From: an uncultured Spirochaetota bacterium
GTDB taxonomy: Bacteria > Spirochaetota > UBA4802 > UBA5550
DNA length: 64,000 nt
Assembly (NCBI GenBank): GCA_963727175.1
Contig: CAVSFD010000002.1
Span: forward strand, 3,928,782 to 3,992,781
Direction of reading: 5' to 3'
Part shown: in pieces, positions 62,710 to 64,000 of the stretch
Layout of the letters: each line of letters opens with the position of its first letter
How positions within the stretch are numbered: position 1 is the stretch's first letter
The notes under the pieces: model-generated
Told to the model about the DNA's origin: nothing
The model's input: only the letters and a program-made list of their open reading frames with translations
Database searches by the model: none
Position numbers and translations under genes: made by a program

Positions 62710-63999
62710 TTATCCCTTCCTGTTTCTTTCCATCACCTCAATGAAGCTTTCGATGCGCGTTTTCATCTGCGCATCGGAAAAGGCGCGGGGATCGTTCATG
62801 TCGCACTGGATGATGAGTACCGGCACGTTCAGGTCCTCCTGGATGGCGTTCTTCAGGTCTATCATGCCGGTGCTCGACGGGCGGCACGACAGGTTCTCGT
62901 GGAGGATGACGCCGTCAATTTTGTAATCGAGCACGGCCTTTTCGAAGTACTGTATGCGCTTTTCCAGGTTGTAGGAGTAGGGGAGATCCATCATGATGCG
63001 TGCGACGTCACGGAGGGTCTCGGTATAGTCCTTGCCCACCGGCTTGGGCGGCGCGAAAGAGAAGGTGTACGGCTCGTAGGTTACCACGGCGTTGTATTTT
63101 GCCAGGTCGTACATGAACCGCATTTTGTACCAGAAGGGTATGCCCTCGAAGAGGAGACGGTATTTCTCCGGGGCGCCGCCTGAAAGGGTGCCCTGGCCGC
63201 GTTCGACCCGCTGTTTGAGGTCCTTTTTTATTTTCTCAAAAAATTTCATGCCTACTTTTTTCCCGGGCAACACAACCAGGGGAAAGAATGACGCCGAGGT
63301 TTCCGCGGAGCTGTAGGGGCTGGGAACGCTCTTCCGGTATTCGTAGATGTCCCGCCATAGCACGCTCATGCGCTCCGAGTCCTCGCAGGCCTTGTTCAGG
63401 CGTTTAATATTGAGTTCCTTGCCGGTGTGTTTCTTTACGAATTCAAAGAAATCGTAAAACTGCTCCACCATGTAATTGGTGTAGCCCTCGATGGTACGCT
63501 CGTCAGTACCGCTCACGATCTTAGGGCAATCGAAGACGAATATCGGCACCTTGAGCTTCTCGGCCTGTATCTGGAACCACTTCCAGTGGGTGTCGCAGAT
63601 GGTGTTGGTGCAGGTGATGATGTCGGGCTTCGCTATGCCGCCCAGGGTTGTTTTGATCCCTGTGTCCACGGCCCCGAAATTGGTCTTGCAGTAGGAACAG
63701 AGGTCCCGGGAGTATCCCATGCCCTCCGCGTGCTCGATAAGGCGCTGGGACTGCTTCTGTGCCGCGGCCACGGTGGCCATGTTTTCCGGGTGCAGGGGAA
63801 ATATATCGAACCCCCACAGGAGTTCCACCGGGAAGCCGGCGCAGGTCCACGCGGTCTTCTTCCAGGGGAGTATGGAGTATATCTGGCCGACCAGGAAGTA
63901 CCATAGCATTGACCACTTGAGGTCTTTTGCGTGGGGGACCGTTTCGATCCTGATCTGGGGTGCTTCCAGGGAAGCCGGGGCTGTGGTATTCTGGTTCAT
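62710..63999 (-). CDS. 2-hydroxyacyl-CoA dehydratase / benzoyl-CoA reductase BcrB-BadD family protein (HgdB-like)
   Basis: 429 aa. Family-typical Cys residues and the C-terminal DGVILHENLSCRPSSTG region. The start codon is the last complete codon in the window, so the true N-terminus may lie outside it. Confidence 0.6.
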   Translation of the reverse strand: MNQNTTAPASLEAPQIRIETVPHAKDLKWSMLWYFLVGQIYSILPWKKTAWTCAGFPVELLWGFDIFPLHPENMATVAAAQKQSQRLIEHAEGMGYSRDLCSYCKTNFGAVDTGIKTTLGGIAKPDIITCTNTICDTHWKWFQIQAEKLKVPIFVFDCPKIVSGTDERTIEGYTNYMVEQFYDFFEFVKKHTGKELNIKRLNKACEDSERMSVLWRDIYEYRKSVPSPYSSAETSASFFPLVVLPGKKVGMKFFEKIKKDLKQRVERGQGTLSGGAPEKYRLLFEGIPFWYKMRFMYDLAKYNAVVTYEPYTFSFAPPKPVGKDYTETLRDVARIMMDLPYSYNLEKRIQYFEKAVLDYKIDGVILHENLSCRPSSTGMIDLKNAIQEDLNVPVLIIQCDMNDPRAFSDAQMKTRIESFIEVMERNRKG

Positions 64000-64000
64000 G

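Overview
This is a 64 kb chromosomal window of about 55% GC. The gene content points to a strict or facultative anaerobe: two tungsten-type aldehyde:ferredoxin oxidoreductases, a 2-hydroxyacyl-CoA-dehydratase-family protein, radical-SAM enzymes and several Fe-S proteins. Assigning it to a syntroph or sulfate-reducer-like deltaproteobacterium is inference only. The strongest calls are listed here; low-GC orphan ORFs and small membrane proteins are in the feature table. Content in order: citrate synthase; a minus-strand surface-modification-like operon (membrane-anchored Ser-type sulfatase, two SAM methyltransferases, an ATP-grasp ligase); a Gram-positive-style mcsA-mcsB-clpC protein-quality-control operon; a leuC/leuD pair broken by multiple frameshifts; an AsmA-family protein; a double cNMP-binding protein; mutS; a TPR/SPOR protein; miaB; a PilZ protein; an outer-membrane beta-barrel; glutamine-synthetase-family protein; a divergent two-subunit heme-copper-oxidase-like module behind an FNR/Dnr-type box; a complete gcvR-gcvT-gcvH-gcvPA-gcvPB-lplA/lipM-lipA-lpd glycine-cleavage/lipoylation operon; a gapN-AOR-OPA-family MFS transporter cluster; a HAMP/PP2C sensor phosphatase; hsp20; a NhaD/ArsB-type permease; a methyl-accepting chemotaxis protein; tRNA-Pro(TGG) and tRNA-Arg(TCT); and an acyl-CoA-metabolism region (two AMP-forming CoA ligases, a second AOR, a 2-hydroxyacyl-CoA-dehydratase-family protein, Fe-S proteins). 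Non-genic structure: two copies of a MITE-like element with 26-bp terminal inverted repeats, several near-consensus sigma70 promoters, rho-independent terminators, and a GC-rich possibly structured leader upstream of gcvR. The most unusual candidate is the heme-copper-oxidase-like pair: the helix-VI CuB histidine of subunit I is replaced and subunit II has no CuA site. Several genes carry single frameshifts that sit at homopolymers where checkable, so sequencing or assembly indel error is the likely cause and pseudogene calls are provisional.
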